64,000 nucleotides of DNA from Felis catus (Eukaryota). Location of the stretch: positions 144,462,001-144,526,000 of the forward strand of contig NC_058368.1 of assembly GCF_018350175.1 (NCBI RefSeq), read 5' to 3'. A program made the position numbers and the translations under genes. Of the stretch, positions 24,499-38,039 are shown piece by piece (position 1 is the stretch's first letter; each line of letters begins with the position of its first letter). The notes under the pieces are model-generated. The model searched no databases. It had not been told where the DNA came from and worked only from the letters and a program-made list of their open reading frames with translations.

Positions 24499-25610
24499 TT
24501 TACACTTATCCATTATGGAAAAAGCACAATCCTAGCTTACTTTTGAACAACTTATTTTAAAACAGTAATGTTAGTAAATTAGCCTCTCATATTAAGTCTA
24601 GCAATAGTTCATGCTTTTTTCCTAGTAAAAGTTCAAGTATCAAAGACATATCCGGATTTACCCAATACTGGTTTATCCAAGTAATGCAGACAGCTCTGAT
24701 GGTGTGGGACTGGCGTTTGAATACAACAGACTGGTGTTTGTACCAAGCAGTACCTTGGCTTGGTTGTGTTCTATGTAGCTCTGTATGCTAATGACTCATC
24801 AAAGACAGGCTTTGTTCGATGTGGATTTCTTCAATATGATACACAAAACACAGGTAATTACAATCAGTAATGTTGTTGGCCAGCCGCCTTCAAACAGCTG
24901 CAGTCCTGACACTCTATCATCTGAGCAAACTCCAAGAAAGGCCACAGATGAAACGAGGGCAACACGCATAACTGGCTATCAGTTTTTTGCTGTTGTACCT
25001 AGCCTCTGTAAATTTGGTGCTATGTGCTTCAAACGTGAGGATATGTGAGTTGTGAGAGTGGTGAATTGTTGCATAGCTGACTTATGCACCAGCAAATACT
25101 ATTACAGTTTTCTGTTTTTTCTCATTTACCATCTAAATAGATTGGGCATGTCTACCAGACTAAAGGCTGCATGCAGCCTTAGTGAAGGAAGACTATTCTA
25201 AAGAGATTGAGATTGAGATGATATTTGTGATCCAACAGGCTTTTTTTCCTTTCTGTGTTGTTAGTATGCCTTCACTTGTGGGAAATAGGGCACCCAGACA
25301 ATAGCCTTCCAGCCGCAGTCTTTTTAAAAATTTTTTTTATTAGATTTATGAATGAAGCTGGCCTTTATTACACAAGTCTTCTCTGGGATGATTTTAATCA
25401 AGGATAAGATACTCTGAACTAATGACGGATTTGAGTAGTGACTTTCCAGCCTTTGTTGGGCTCCTTTGCTAAATTTGGATTCACTGCAGGAGCCCATAGA
25501 CATCAGGTACACAATTTGGTATTCCTGCAAAACATGTCCCTACAGTCTTGGTATGTTTGATTCTTTTTACACATGAACATCTCAGTTTTTACTGTCATTT
25601 CAGGACTCTT

Positions 25611-25972
25611 TGTCTTAGTCTGTTTGGGCTTCTGTAACAGAGTAGAATAGACTGGGTGGCTTATAGATGATAGAAATTTATTTCTTACAGTTCTGGAGGC
25701 TAGAAGTCCAAGATCCAGGCCAAGGCAGATTGGGCATTTGATGAGAGCTTGCATCCTGTTTCGCAGCTGACCATATTTTCACTGTGTCTTTACATAGTGG
25801 AAGGAGTGAAGGATCTCTCTGGGATCACTTTTGTAAGGGCACTAATCCCACTCACGAGAGCTTCACTGTCAAGATCTAATCACCCCAAAGGCTCTGCCTG
25901 CTGATACCTTCACTCTGGGCATTAGAATTTAACATATGAATTTTGAGGTAACACAAACATTTAGTCTATAGA
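25611..25972 (-). mobile_element. MLT1A/MST-like MaLR solo LTR
   Basis: tgtcttagtctgtttgggct...cagttctggaggctagaagtccaagatc...aagggcactaatccca...acaaacatttagtctatag. Confidence 0.88.
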
Positions 25973-26930
25973 CGCTTAGACCTCATTACGTTTTCCTAGG
26001 GACTGTGAAGGTACTCTTCAGTATTTTGAGAGTCAGGTGCTGAGTGTAGATGCTTTCTGAGTGTCGATGCTACTCCTTGGTAATTTAAGAGCTATGATGC
26101 AAACATTTGGTGGTTGAAAGGCTGTCTCATGGGCATGTGCTTTTCTTTTTTGGAAATCCAGAGCAACTTCCTCTTGACACCTAATTTTACCCTGACTTGT
26201 ATTTATTTTTTTTTTCCTGCCTCCATTTTGCTGTAGGATTGTAACTCCCTTAAGGGCTGAGAGGAAAAATTTCTCATGCTGAAAGCCAAACAGCACCCAG
26301 CATAGTTTGGGCCATGTGGTAGACACTTAGAAATCTGTGTTACACAGAAGGGAGATATGGGCTTCCCCTCTCTGCTGGTTTGAATATGGTATTTGTCTTC
26401 TGTGTCCTTTCGAATGCTGACAGAATTGGTGGTCTGTAGGGAATGGGTGGAAGCTGCTCATACATTTCAGTTGGAAATGGGTTCCTCTGACAGTTTATCT
26501 ATGAAGGGCCATCGCTATGTGGAATTAGATCATTTGGTTACCACTGTAGGTTTTAGCAAATGACTGTACATCAGTATAGCCCAGTGGCAAACTACTGTGC
26601 ATATTCAGTGAAAAGTCTGTTTTTGAAAGGAGTATCCACCAACCTTTCCTTCTTCCGGTTTTGCTTCACTGGAGGAAATAAGGGTGACATTTGTAGCATT
26701 TAACTCCCATTTCCATGTATAGAGGGAGCAGTTATCTTAATTTATCAACTTCACATACAGGGCTTTTCTTTCTTTCTTTTTTTTTTTCCTCCCCTGCAAT
26801 ACATCTAATTATTTATTTGGTTTTCTTTCCTGCATTTGTATTTGTATACTAGGTTTAGTGCTATGTTTTGATCAAAGAATTTACTAAAATAGCTAGATGG
26901 CAATTGAAATGCCATTCCTTTGCTGTTTTA

Positions 26931-27583
26931 TTATTTTTTTTATTTTCAATATATGAAATTTATTGTCAAATTGATTTCCATACAACACCCAGTGCTCATC
27001 CCAAAAGGTGCCCTCCTCTTTACCCATCACCCACCCTTCCCTCCCTCCCTCCCTCCCTCCCACCCCCCATCAACCCTCAGTTTGTTCTCAGTTTTTAAAA
27101 ATTTTTTTTTAACGTTTATTTATTTTTGAGACAGAGAGAGACAGAGCATGAACAGGGGAGGAGCAGAGAGAGAGGGAGACACAGAATCTGAAACAGGCTC
27201 CAGGCTCTGAGGTGTCAGCACAGAGCCCGACACGGGGCTCGAACTCACGGACCGTGAGATCATGACCTGAGCTGAAGTCGGACGATTAACCGACCAAGCC
27301 ACCCAGGCGCCCCAGTGTTCTCAGTGTTTAAGAGTCTCTTATGCTTTGGCTCTCTCCCACTCTAACCTCTTTTTTTATTCCCCTCCCCCTCCCCCATGGG
27401 TTCCTGTTAAGTTTCTCAGGATCCACATAAGAGTGAAAACATATGGTATCTGTCTTTCTCTGTATGGCTTATTTCACTTAGCATCACACCCTCCAGTTCC
27501 ATCCACGTTGCTACAAAGGGCCATATTTCATTCTTTCTCATTGCCACGTAGTACTCCATTGTGTATATAAACCACAATTTCTT
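26931..27583 (-). mobile_element. Young L1 3' fragment with nested Can-SINE (27099-27313, minus)
   Basis: L1 3' UTR like 7540-7695; SINE TSD gttctcagt[t/g]tttaa. Confidence 0.92.
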
Positions 27584-27613
27584 TGCTAACTGTTTTAAAT
27601 GATCAAATGATAA

Positions 27614-27835
27614 GGGGCACCTGGGTGGCTCAGTCAGTTAAGTGTCAGCTCTTGACTTCGGCTCAGATCGCGATCTCACGGTTTGCGAGTTTGAGCCCCA
27701 CATCAAGCTGTGTGCTGACAGCAAGCAAAGCCTGCTTGGGGGATTCTCTCTCTCCCTCTTGCTCTGTGCCTCTCCTCCACTCATGTGTTCTGTTCATTGT
27801 CAAAATAAATAAACTAAAAAAAAACTTTAATTAAA
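27614..27835 (+). mobile_element. Can-SINE
   Basis: ggggcacctgggtggctcagtcagttaag head and A tail. Confidence 0.92.
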
Positions 27836-28634
27836 AAAAGATGGGTGATGAAGAAAAAAAACTGAGGGATAGTTAAGGAGCATCTGGACAGTAACTTGTG
27901 GTGACCTATCCTTTCTTAATATTTCCAGTGGCTCAGAGGGTCCAATTTTGTCATTGTAAGCAAGGGATTCTGTGATATTAAAATGTGGGATTCTGTGATT
28001 TCTACCGAGTAAATTTGTATCTTTGGAAGAAGTAAAAGAAGCCATATCACTTTGCCTTTACTTAGTAACAATCTTGATTTTAAAGTGCATTTTGGAATAT
28101 CGAAGTACTTATAGAATATCAAGACCATGTAAATAAGAGGATACATTGTATAGACATGGAAATTTTGTAATTAAGCCATTCCCTACCCCCCCCCCCAGAA
28201 TATTGCAAGATGTTATCTCACTTGACATGGTGAAATGGAATTGATAATAGGATTATCATTTTCCCTGACAATAGATTTTCAGCATTATGTTACATTTATT
28301 ATGACAGATTTGGCAAGCAGAATGCCATAACTGGCTTTGGTCATTGGGCTGCTCATGGAAAAAAAGTAGTTTTTTCTATCAAACAGATGGAAACTGTCAA
28401 TGAGAATCCCTTGAGCTACTTTGTTCAGCGGGCATGGATTTGGTCTAAGTAATTGACTCCCTGCCAGAGGAAAGTGGCTATCTCAATTTTTAAAATATAT
28501 CACAAAGAGTTAGTCATTTTTTTTTAATACAGGAAAAGTAAGTTGGTTTGGATTTTAGGTTTATTCATGAAAATAATTATTTCAGCTTTGTTGAGTATAA
28601 TTGACAAATACAATTGTATGAAAAGAATTTGTTT

Positions 28635-28850
28635 GGGGCGCCTGGGTGGCGCAGTCGGTTAAGCGTCCGACTTCAGCCAGGTCACGATCTCGCGGTCCAT
28701 GAGTTCGAGCCCCGCGTCGGGCTCTGGGCTGATGGCTCAGAGCCTGGAGCCTGTTTCCGATTCTGTGTCTCCCTCTCTCTCTCTGCCCCTCCCCCGTTCA
28801 TGCTCTGTCTCTGTCCCAAAAATAAATAAAAAACGTTGAAAAAAAATTTA
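28635..28850 (+). mobile_element. Very young Can-SINE
   Basis: CpGs nearly all intact; perfect TSD gaaaagaatttgttt at 28620-28634 and 28851-28865. Confidence 0.96.
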
Positions 28851-29544
28851 GAAAAGAATTTGTTTTAATTTCATGTATTAAAGTAGAAATCTATGTAACA
28901 TAGGTCAGTGCTGAGGATGAACTGTAGACCTAAAGAAAAAGAGTATCTACTTTTTCTGAATTACCTTAGGATAAAGAAGCCTACACTTTCCTCCCCAAAC
29001 TGTGGCGAGCCAAGCCTTCTGGCACTTTTACTGTTGCCTTAGGTCTTTGAAGAAAGTCTTGGAGATCACAATTAGGGGGCTTGCCTTGAGAATGCTCATT
29101 TAACTTTATTTTCATCAGTGGTGCTAACAAGGGTGCCAGTCATCTGTACACATGTTCACCCTACTTTAAAAACTCCTTTAAAAATTGCTGCCTGAAAGCA
29201 GGGTTCTTGCTGCAGAGCTGTTGGTAGCATGAAAACTGGGAGTTGACCTGTGTGCCTTGTGTTTGTGTTAATGTTGGCAGGAAGAGCCTAAGAGCATTTG
29301 AGGTTCTCTGGAATGATTCGAGGCCTGTGGCCACGATAAAGCTCTCCCTTGCTGCTGAACTTGTACGCACAATGAGCAGTTTCCTGTCATTTAACAGGCA
29401 AGGAAAAGTAGCACTCAGCTACTGAGTTTTGGATGCACTTGTATTATAGGTCTCCTCCTTGATGAGAAATACGATAAGGTGTGGCACATTGCTTATTGTC
29501 CACCCTTTTGTTTCTGGGTAGTGATCACGGAGTGGTTTTTCTTT

Positions 29545-29611
29545 TCTCTTTTTAAAATTTAATTTAGTTTAAATTCCAACACGCTTAACATACGGTGTTA
29601 TATTAGTTTCA
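29545..29611 (-). mobile_element. 67-bp L1 3' tip insertion
   Basis: ttaacatacggtgttatattagtttcag (compare 41063-41090); TSD gagtggt[t/c]tttcttt at 29530-29544 and 29612-29626. Confidence 0.8.
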
Positions 29612-30134
29612 GAGTGGTCTTTCTTTGCTAGTGGGTTCTTAGACTCTGGGTGGGTGAGAAATGGAGCTCACTACGAGGCTCTTTCGGTTGTCATGCCTGG
29701 CCATGAAGCTGCGTGTCCAAAGCAACCTACCAACTGGCCTGTGAGTGAGAATCACCAGACACCTAATTATGTGGTCAAACCGTTTAAAGCAGCTTCATTT
29801 ATTACCTTCTAGTAATATATTGTTCTTTAAAGGAGGTGGCCCTCTTGGCTGAACCTGGCTTGTTCCACAAAACAGTAAACACAATTATTTAAATTGGTCA
29901 TTTCCTCAGCTGAAATGGTTCTGGAGAATTTACTATCTTAACAGATAGAGGCAGGAGTGCCAGGGCCCGGGTAAACGTAACCAGTTCCAGTGAAACAAAT
30001 GTGGAAAAGATAAGTGCTCTGATTGAAATCATAATCTATGTGGATGGTTGTTTTCTCTGTCATGTGACATCATCAGTATTGTTTACTTGAAATAGAAATG
30101 CAACACATGCTGATGAATTTTTGTTATTTGTTTT

Positions 30135-30625
30135 CAGCTGCACTCATCACCACAAAGAATTTAAGAACATTTTTGTGACATTCAAAAAATAAACCTCTCA
30201 TCCCTTAGCTATATCATCACCTAACCCCCCTAAACTCACTCCCTGAATCCCGAGGCAACTACTAATCTATTTTCTGTCTCTGGAGATTTGCCTCTTCTGG
30301 ACATTTTATATAAATGGAATCATGTATATGTAGTCCTTTGTGACTGCCTTGTTTCATTTAGCATAGTGTTTCCAGGGCTCATCCATGTATGTATATAGCA
30401 TATTATCAGTACCTTCATTCATAAAAGGGAATATTCAGAATATTGTACTGAATAATATTCCATTTTATGGATATGCCACGTTGTTTATCCCTTCATCAAT
30501 TGATATATATTTGAGTTGTCTCCATTTTTTGGCTATTGAAATAATGCCTCTGTGAACATTCATATACAAGTTTTTATATGGACACATATTTTCATTTCTC
30601 TTGGGTGTGTACCCAAGAGTGAAGA
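30135..30625 (-). mobile_element. Old L1MB 3' region
   Basis: ggcaactactaatctattttctgtctctggagatttgcctcttctggacattttatataaatggaatcat. Confidence 0.85.
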
Positions 30626-31961
30626 GACATTATATTTCGCAGTGTTTTTTTCTATCTGGAAATTAAGGGGATGCTTTCCTTGGTGATGTAGACTCAGTAT
30701 TTGAGATAGCATTGAATAGGAGGCAGGAATTGTGGGTCAGAGTTCCAGGTCTGCCCCTCCTGGCCATTTGTTAGGAAATCCACTCTATTTCCTCAGCTGT
30801 TGAATGAGGTCGTTTTTATCAGACAATCTTTAAGGTTGCTTCCAAGTTAAAATATTTTACTGAGTACAATAAAAGACTTTCAAAATATGAAGGAAAATAT
30901 TTCCAGTGAGTTCTAAATAACAAACCACACCTCACTCAAGTCTCTGGATGGTTTTTTTTTTTTTTGTTTCTTTCCTAGTTTGAAAACAACTTGGACTTTA
31001 ATATTTATTTAGTTAGTTAAATGTTTGTATGTTTTTCAATAAAAATAAGTAAATGCTCCTTTAAAAAGCTCTATGAATATAGAACCAAAATCACTCCAAT
31101 GTGTATTACAGAGACATCTACTTTAACATTTTGTGGTATTTCCTGTCAGTTTTTCTTTCCACTTTAGGTTGTTTTGTTATTTATTGAGGTGTAATCACAC
31201 TCTGTTCACAGTCTTTTTGTTGAGATCCTGTTTTGATTACCCTTCAGACTCATCTTGATTTCACTTTGATGCTTTTTATTCTGATTGAAGGACCTTTGAG
31301 AGTGGAAAGTCTTTTGACATAAATCGCTTTGGGAAAGCCACAAAAATTTTGAAAGTGAAAAGGTGTTGCCAAAAGTGTGTTTCAGTTAGAGTAGTAAGTA
31401 GAAGAATTTGTACATAGCAGACAGACATGAGGCTGTGTATGAGTTAAAATCAGTTTCATGCCACAGGGCAGCTCATCCATTTCCTCTTCCTGCATTTTGA
31501 CTGATTCAGATGCCATCAAAATCATATGCTTATTCTTTTCCCCATGTAATCTGCTCAAAAAGTTTCTGATTGTATTTCAAATTAACCAAGTCTTCCCAGA
31601 AAACATGCTCCCAAGATTCTTTCCTGTGTTGGAAGGAAGGTTGAACTTGAGTTTCCTTTTCCCTATTTGCTGGTTTTCATACTCAGCAACTTAGGAACTT
31701 ACATTGACCCTTTCTGGCTCTGGAGAGACCATTCACTCTGTACTGTAGAGCAGGCCCTTCTCCTCTGGGGGCCAGATGTTTCACTTTTTTCTGGGACCTT
31801 TCCCAAGCTGAGCCCTGAGGCTCCATCCCTGTCGGCACCAAGGCTTTCAGAGAGCTCCAGTGTTGGTTTCCAGGGACATCATCACCTCCTGTTGCAGTGG
31901 GAGTTAGCTGGGCGTGCAGTCCCTTACTTTTTTCCCACATTAAAAAAAACAAAAAAAAACC

Positions 31962-32175
31962 TTTTTTTTTTTTTAACATTTATTCATTTTTGAAAGACAG
32001 AGACAGAGCATGAGTGGAGGAGGGGCAGAGACAGGGAGAGACACAGAGTATGAAGCAGGCTCCAGGCTCTGAGCTGTCAGCACAGAGCTCAATGCAGGAC
32101 TTGGACCCACAAACCGCAAAATCATGACCTGAGCTGAAGTTGGACGCTCAACCCACTGAACCACCCAGGTGACTC
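31962..32175 (-). mobile_element. Can-SINE
   Basis: SINE pattern. Confidence 0.92.
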
Positions 32176-32249
32176 CCATTTTTAAAAAAACTTGTGCCAT
32201 CAAGCCCAGCTTTCTCACAGTGGTCCTTTTGGTGACAGTAAATATTGTT

Positions 32250-32360
32250 TTGTGTTTATTCAGTCGACATTGTAGAGCACCTATTATGTGTCAGGCACTG
32301 GTAGGCAGTGGGATTCAAGAGATCAGACTCATAGTTTCTGCTTTGATGAAATTCAGTACT
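32250..32360 (-). mobile_element. L2 3' end
   Basis: gagcacctattatgtgtcaggcactg. Confidence 0.6.
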
Positions 32361-32934
32361 ATATACAGAGTCCTTAAAAATCTGGCTGGAAAATGTGGGG
32401 AAAAAAGTGATAGTTTTTATTGTTGTTTAAAAAAACACTGGTTTGGATGAATGTAGAGATTTCGTGCAGAAGATTTATATAGCTGTCAGGTTAATCCTTA
32501 TGAAACACAGCTTTCATTATCTCATGGTTGCAGCTCAAGAAAACATAATAAATCACTATTACCTATAGATTAAAATTTATTTTATTTCCTAGTAATTTCT
32601 GTGTCTCTTTAAAATTGGATACATGAATTGCGACAGGCTTATAGCCCTTCTGTTAGGGGTTTAGATTCCTTTTGTCCTCTAGGGCTTTCACTAATAGACC
32701 ATGTGTGGAAGAATAGCCAATCAAATGAATAATAAAGGCCATTTAACCTGGGCACACCTCACCCCTTGACTACGTGGAACTTGACATTTTCTGAAAGAGG
32801 AGCCTCCTATTTCCCTGGAGTCTGAAGCTTTGAACCTGTGTGCTCAGGCCCTGTAAATAAAGAGTAAGGCAAATCCCAGTTTGTTACTGAAAACAGCTCC
32901 ATGTACATAAATCCTTTACTTGTAAGAAGTCATG

Positions 32935-33075
32935 CAGTTCTCACAGTAACTCTGTGAGGTAGCTATGACGATTACCCACAAGTTTAGATGAGAAAGCTGA
33001 GGCACGTAGAAATTAAGCAACTGGCACGAGGATATGAAAATAAGGGACATTCATGTGACCCAAACCCAGGGAGGC
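32935..33075 (-). mobile_element. MIR
   Basis: ctcacagtaactctgtgaggtag...agatgagaaagctgaggcac core. Confidence 0.75.
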
Positions 33076-34354
33076 TGACAGAAGGACCAGCAAAATCGAC
33101 CGTTAAGATCCATTGCCTCTCCATGATGACTGCTAGCCTTGCTGTCTTAGTTGTAGGTGTAACACAGGTGGAAGTGGAACCTTATGCCTGCTCTTCAAAG
33201 CAGTCACCCCACCCACAGAGGAAGCCTTCCCACCGAATGCAAAGTGCTGAGTAAGCAGGTCACATTGGGCTCCTCATTTGGGAGGGAGTTAATAGGGGAT
33301 AGAGGCTGGAATCAGAAGAGCAGCAAGAGTGCCCATGTCCCTTGGCAGTGGCAGTAACAGAGAGGTTCTAAAAGGCCTCAACTTTCCCCAGTGCTATCCA
33401 GCAAGAGACCTCTGCCTCATCCTTGCCAGTTTGTTCATACTCACTCTTTCCATATTCTAGACCATCTTTCTTGTCTGGGGCTTACTTAGCTTTTGAGAGA
33501 GACTCAGATGTATTTTGATCTGTTTGCACAATGAACTCTTGTGGCATTTATTGTCTTCATCTGTGGTAAACGTTTTCTGATAGGACAAGATCTAACAGGC
33601 ATGGTCTGATATACAGGACCCACTATCTCAAATGTAAAATAATCTGAAAAAATAAACAATGGTGGCTGCTGTTTTCAGACAGCTTATTTTAGCACTTTGA
33701 CCTATCTTACACTGCTATTTAATCTTAGTTATTTAATTGCTTTATGAGTGATTTAGATCTTTAGCTAAATTGTAGTGTCCTTAAGATGAGCGAGTTAATA
33801 TCTATATCTGTATCTATATCCATATCTATCTATATATTATGTTGCATACCAGCAAGGTGGTTGGTAAATATTTAATGGATTTCTTCCTCCATCCTTCTTT
33901 GTTTTTTCCCCTTCTTCCCTCTTTTCCTTTTGTAGCACCTCTTGTCTCTTAGGCCATTGATGTAAAGATTGGAAATGAGGATAGAAATGGTTGGGGCAGC
34001 AGAGAGGAGCATTATACAATTGAAGGACAGAATAGAACTCTGTAGTCTTGCTAATTCTTGGAAGTTTATTTTCTGGACATATTTACTGTCTCTCCAGGTT
34101 CCAGCCCATCTATTTCTTCCTTCTCATGTGGTCTATCCTTTGGTGGGTCCGCTCAGCAGAGTAGACTTTTGAGTCAGAGTCCTGAGTTTTTGACTTACAC
34201 AACCTGGTTAGCTTTGCCACATACAAAGCTTTCATGGCAGAAAAAAGGAAACAGAATGTGGGTGGATGGTTGTGAGTTCATTACTACTCCTAAGGCCTAC
34301 AGCTTAAGGCACATGTTCTAGGTGGATTGGGGGTGACCATCATATGTCTATAAA

Positions 34355-34480
34355 TCTACTTTCTCATCTGTAAAATGGGACTAAATCATGGGTCATTGTG
34401 AGCATTAAATGAGAGAATGCAGAAGGAATCTTAGTATGATCCCTGGCATATGTTAAGCACTGAATGGATGTTGTTATTAA
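34355..34480 (+). mobile_element. MIR
   Basis: ttctcatctgtaaaatggga...cctggcatatgttaagcact. Confidence 0.8.
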
Positions 34481-34763
34481 TATGCCTAGCCATGTGGGCA
34501 TGAATATTCCCATAGGCTGCTCAGGTTAAAGAAGCTCCCCTGAGAGTGTAAGCCCCTAAAGGGTAGGAACTGCTAAGCTACTTGTAATTTCTAGTTATGG
34601 TGCCACATATGGGGCCACTTAGTTGCTGAAATGATGGTGTGAGTGTTGTTCTGTAGAGACTATCAGGCCTGTCAGATGCAGCCTCACATCAACTGTGTCA
34701 AACATGTGGAGCAAAGATCCCTAAAGAAAATTTAAAAACAGGTTTTAAAAAGAAGAACTACTC

Positions 34764-34868
34764 GGGGCACCTGACTGGCGTGGTTGGAAGAGCGTGCAAC
34801 TCTTGATCTTGGAGTCATGAGTTTGAGCCTTACGTTGGGTGTAGAGATTACCAAAAAAATAAATTAAC
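34764..34868 (+). mobile_element. Short Can-SINE lacking the (CT)n tract
   Basis: tRNA-like head plus A tail; TSD aactactc. Confidence 0.8.
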
Positions 34869-36081
34869 CCCCCAAACTACTCATATCTTTTGCTCATTCT
34901 CGAGACTCTCAATTAATTGATTAATTCTAAATTCAAATAAAAAATTTTATGTACCAAGGTTTATGAGGAATAATTGAAAACCTTCTAAATATTTCAAAAG
35001 TAGGCAACTACATTTAGATAAACTGTGGTATATCCTTTCTATACAGGCTTTAGAAATGTTTTCATGTGACATCAGAAACACTAGAATAGCATTGCAGCAT
35101 GAGCTCAACTATATTAAGATGGCTTTAGAAATAGACTGGATTGAAATGCATCAAAATTTAACAGTGGTTATTTTTGAATGATGTTGGGATTAAGGATAAA
35201 TTCTTCCCTCTAATTTTCCTTCTCTATACTTTCTATATTTACATAATATATGTGTATTGTTTTCATGGATAAGAAAAAATAAACTTTTTCATAAGGTGTA
35301 AATAATGGACATAGATGGTAGACAAAAGCCATGGTATTTGGCTTGCATTTTCATGATAAAAAACAAATCAAATGCATAAGGCACAGACTGGATTCTTTGT
35401 TGTATATTCCTCAGAAAGAAAAAAAAAATTAGCATAAGCTAAATTAAAGGCATACTACTTTGGAGAGTTTGAGAGAGGTTTAGTTTTTTTGAGGATTTTA
35501 GAGAGGCAGCAAAAATATAAAGCTCTAGCTAACACACATGTGCGTGAGTCAGTTTTCTTTTCCAGCACTGAGGTTTGGTATTCTTAGCCATTCTGATTAT
35601 TGGAGACTGGCGACTGTCATTTTCTCTTAAATGTCTGACAGCTGTAAGCTTTCAGCTATCAGAAAATGAAGTGAAAATGTATTTTTGATATTAAAAATTT
35701 TCTAGGGAAAGAGACCCAGAAAAACAATCATTAGTAGTTCACATGCAGGCAACATTTTAAGCTCCCTTTCTAATCCTGCTCCTATGGTATTTAATAGCCA
35801 GGCATGTTCACCAGATGTGCTTCAAGTCCTTTTATTTACATAAATGTTTCCAGCAATTCACTGTATATTTTTCTACTTATAAATAAATACGTACCAAATA
35901 GCTTTCTTTTTCATATGGCTATGCTTCAGCATATTTGTTTGTTTTAAGGCAGGAAAATATCTAATAGGCCTTGAGTATGTTTTATGTCATTCCCACACAT
36001 AGAACTATATTTATATCTTTAAAATATATATTCTTATTATGGCTAATTTGGAAAATGCATAAAATATATGAATAAGAAGAT

Positions 36082-36180
36082 GGGGTGTTTAGCCAGCTTA
36101 GTTGGTAGCATATGACTCTTGGTGTCAGGGTCATGAGTTTGATCCCCACACTGGGCATAGAGCTTACTTTAAAAACAAGA
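36082..36180 (+). mobile_element. Short Can-SINE lacking the (CT)n tract
   Basis: gggtcatgagtttgatccccacactgggcatagagcttactttaaaa. Confidence 0.75.
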
Positions 36181-36345
36181 AGAGAATAGTCAAGGGTAAC
36201 CACTGTTAACATTTTGGTATATTTCCTTCCCCTTATTTTAATAATGCTTTTTAATAAATGTTACCAATTCTGTATTTTCTAGCTTGCTTTAATTGCCTGT
36301 CCTATTCATGTCCTAAAACTCATTGTTTTAAACTACTTATACATG

Positions 36346-36560
36346 GGGGCGCCTGGGTAGCTTAGTTGGTTGAGCGTCTGACTGGCTGAGGTCATGATCT
36401 CATGGCTTGTGAATTCGAGCCCTGCATCAGGTTCTGTGCTGACAGCTCAGAGCCTACAGCCTAGTTCAGATTCTGTGTCTCCCTCTCTTTCTGCCCCTCC
36501 GTACTCACGCTCTGTCTCTCTCTGTCTCAAAAATAAATAAACATTAAAACATTAAAAAAG
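36346..36560 (+). mobile_element. Can-SINE
   Basis: TSD taaactacttat[acat/gcgt]gg. Confidence 0.93.
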
Positions 36561-37017
36561 ATAAACTACTTATGCGTGGTATGCTGTAGTTTACTTAACT
36601 AAGGTTTTATTGATAGATATTTAGATTATGTTGCTTTTTTGCTGTTAAACAGTATTGCAATGAATATACTTCTTTGTGCTCTTTGAACACATGAGGAAGT
36701 AGATTTACTGGATGATGTGGTTTGCTTTTACATTTTCTGTATTTACTATGTGTTTTCAGTATATCTCTTTATCCATTTACAGACATACACATTACATATA
36801 AATAGATGTTAACTATAGTTATTTTTCTTTGAAAGTAAAGGGCTAGTTACATTACTCTTAGTGCTCTTAATATCACTTTTTTGACTTATTAGCATAATAT
36901 TGATCTCTTTGCATGTCATATGTTCAGAAGTAGTCTAGTATTACAGGTGGTCTGAACTTTTGCAGCAGATCCACAGATATCTGGAGATAAGACTATGAAT
37001 TTGCCTTCTAGAAACCT

Positions 37018-37230
37018 TTTTTTTTTTTTCAACATTTATTTATTTTTGGGACAGAGAGAGACAGAGCATGAACGGGGGAGGGGCAGAGAGAGAGGGCGAC
37101 ACAGAATCGGAAACAGGCTCCAGGCTCTGAGCCATCAGCCCAGAGCCCGACGCGGGGCTCGAACTCACGGACCGCGAGATCGTGACCTGGCTGAAGTCGG
37201 ACGCTTAACCGACTGCGCCACCCAGGCGCC
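37018..37230 (-). mobile_element. Very young Can-SINE
   Basis: CpGs intact; TSD ctagaaacct at 37008-37017 and 37231-37240. Confidence 0.96.
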
Positions 37231-37440
37231 CTAGAAACCTAACTTTTAAGAAACTTTGCATTTTGTTATTATTTTAGACTTTAGTAAAATTGCACGGTAG
37301 TACAAAGAACTCCTTATATGCCCTTTACACAGATTCACTAGTAATGAACATTTTGCCCCATTTACTTGCTCTCTCTCTTTTCTTATGGTGGTATCTTCCA
37401 GAGTTGTTTACTATAAAGTTATCTGTTTTCTGTTATTTCT

Positions 37441-37660
37441 TTTAAAAGATTTTTTTAATGTTTATTTATTTTTGAGAAAGAGAGAGAGAGGAAGACGAGC
37501 AGGGAAGGAGCAGAGAGGGGGGAGACACAGAATCTGAAGCCGGCTCCAGGCTCCAAACTGTTAAGCACAGAGCCCAATGTGGGGCTTGAACTCACAAACC
37601 GTGAGATCATAACTTGAGCCAAAGTGGGACGCTTAACCAACTGAGCCAACCAGGCACCCC
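37441..37660 (-). mobile_element. Can-SINE
   Basis: TSD tttctgttatttct. Confidence 0.93.
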
Positions 37661-37824
37661 TGCTTTCTGTTATTTCTAACATAAAGAATTTTTGAGGAGA
37701 TTCATCCACGTTGATAAAACTATCAGCAGTTATTTTTTCTTGCTGAGGAGTTTTTCATTGTATTAATATACCACACATTGTTTATCTGTGCACCTGCTGA
37801 TGGATATTTGGGATTTTGCTAGAC

Positions 37825-38035
37825 ATGGAGGTACATCAACCTGGTCCTCCTTCAAAGAAGGAGTTGCTGCCCAGCTGTAGATAGTGTAGTCTGCAGATAG
37901 CCTGTAGCTGTCATCTCCTTCAGAGTCTACCACAGCTGTAGAGAGCTGCCTTGAAGTTTATGCCTTTCCTGAAGCAGTCACATTCATTCACTAAGTGAGA
38001 AGGTGGTATAAGGGTCCAACCATTTCAGCCTGAGG
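37825..38035 (+). mobile_element. LTR16-like ERVL LTR 5' part
   Basis: gcccagctg...gagctgcctt...ggtataaggg TATA region resembles recalled LTR16. Confidence 0.55.
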
Positions 38036-38039
38036 TATA

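Noticed and set aside
34764..34850. tRNA-like sequence (also 36082-36160)
   Set aside because: Degenerate with A tail and TSD: tRNA-derived SINE, not a tRNA gene.
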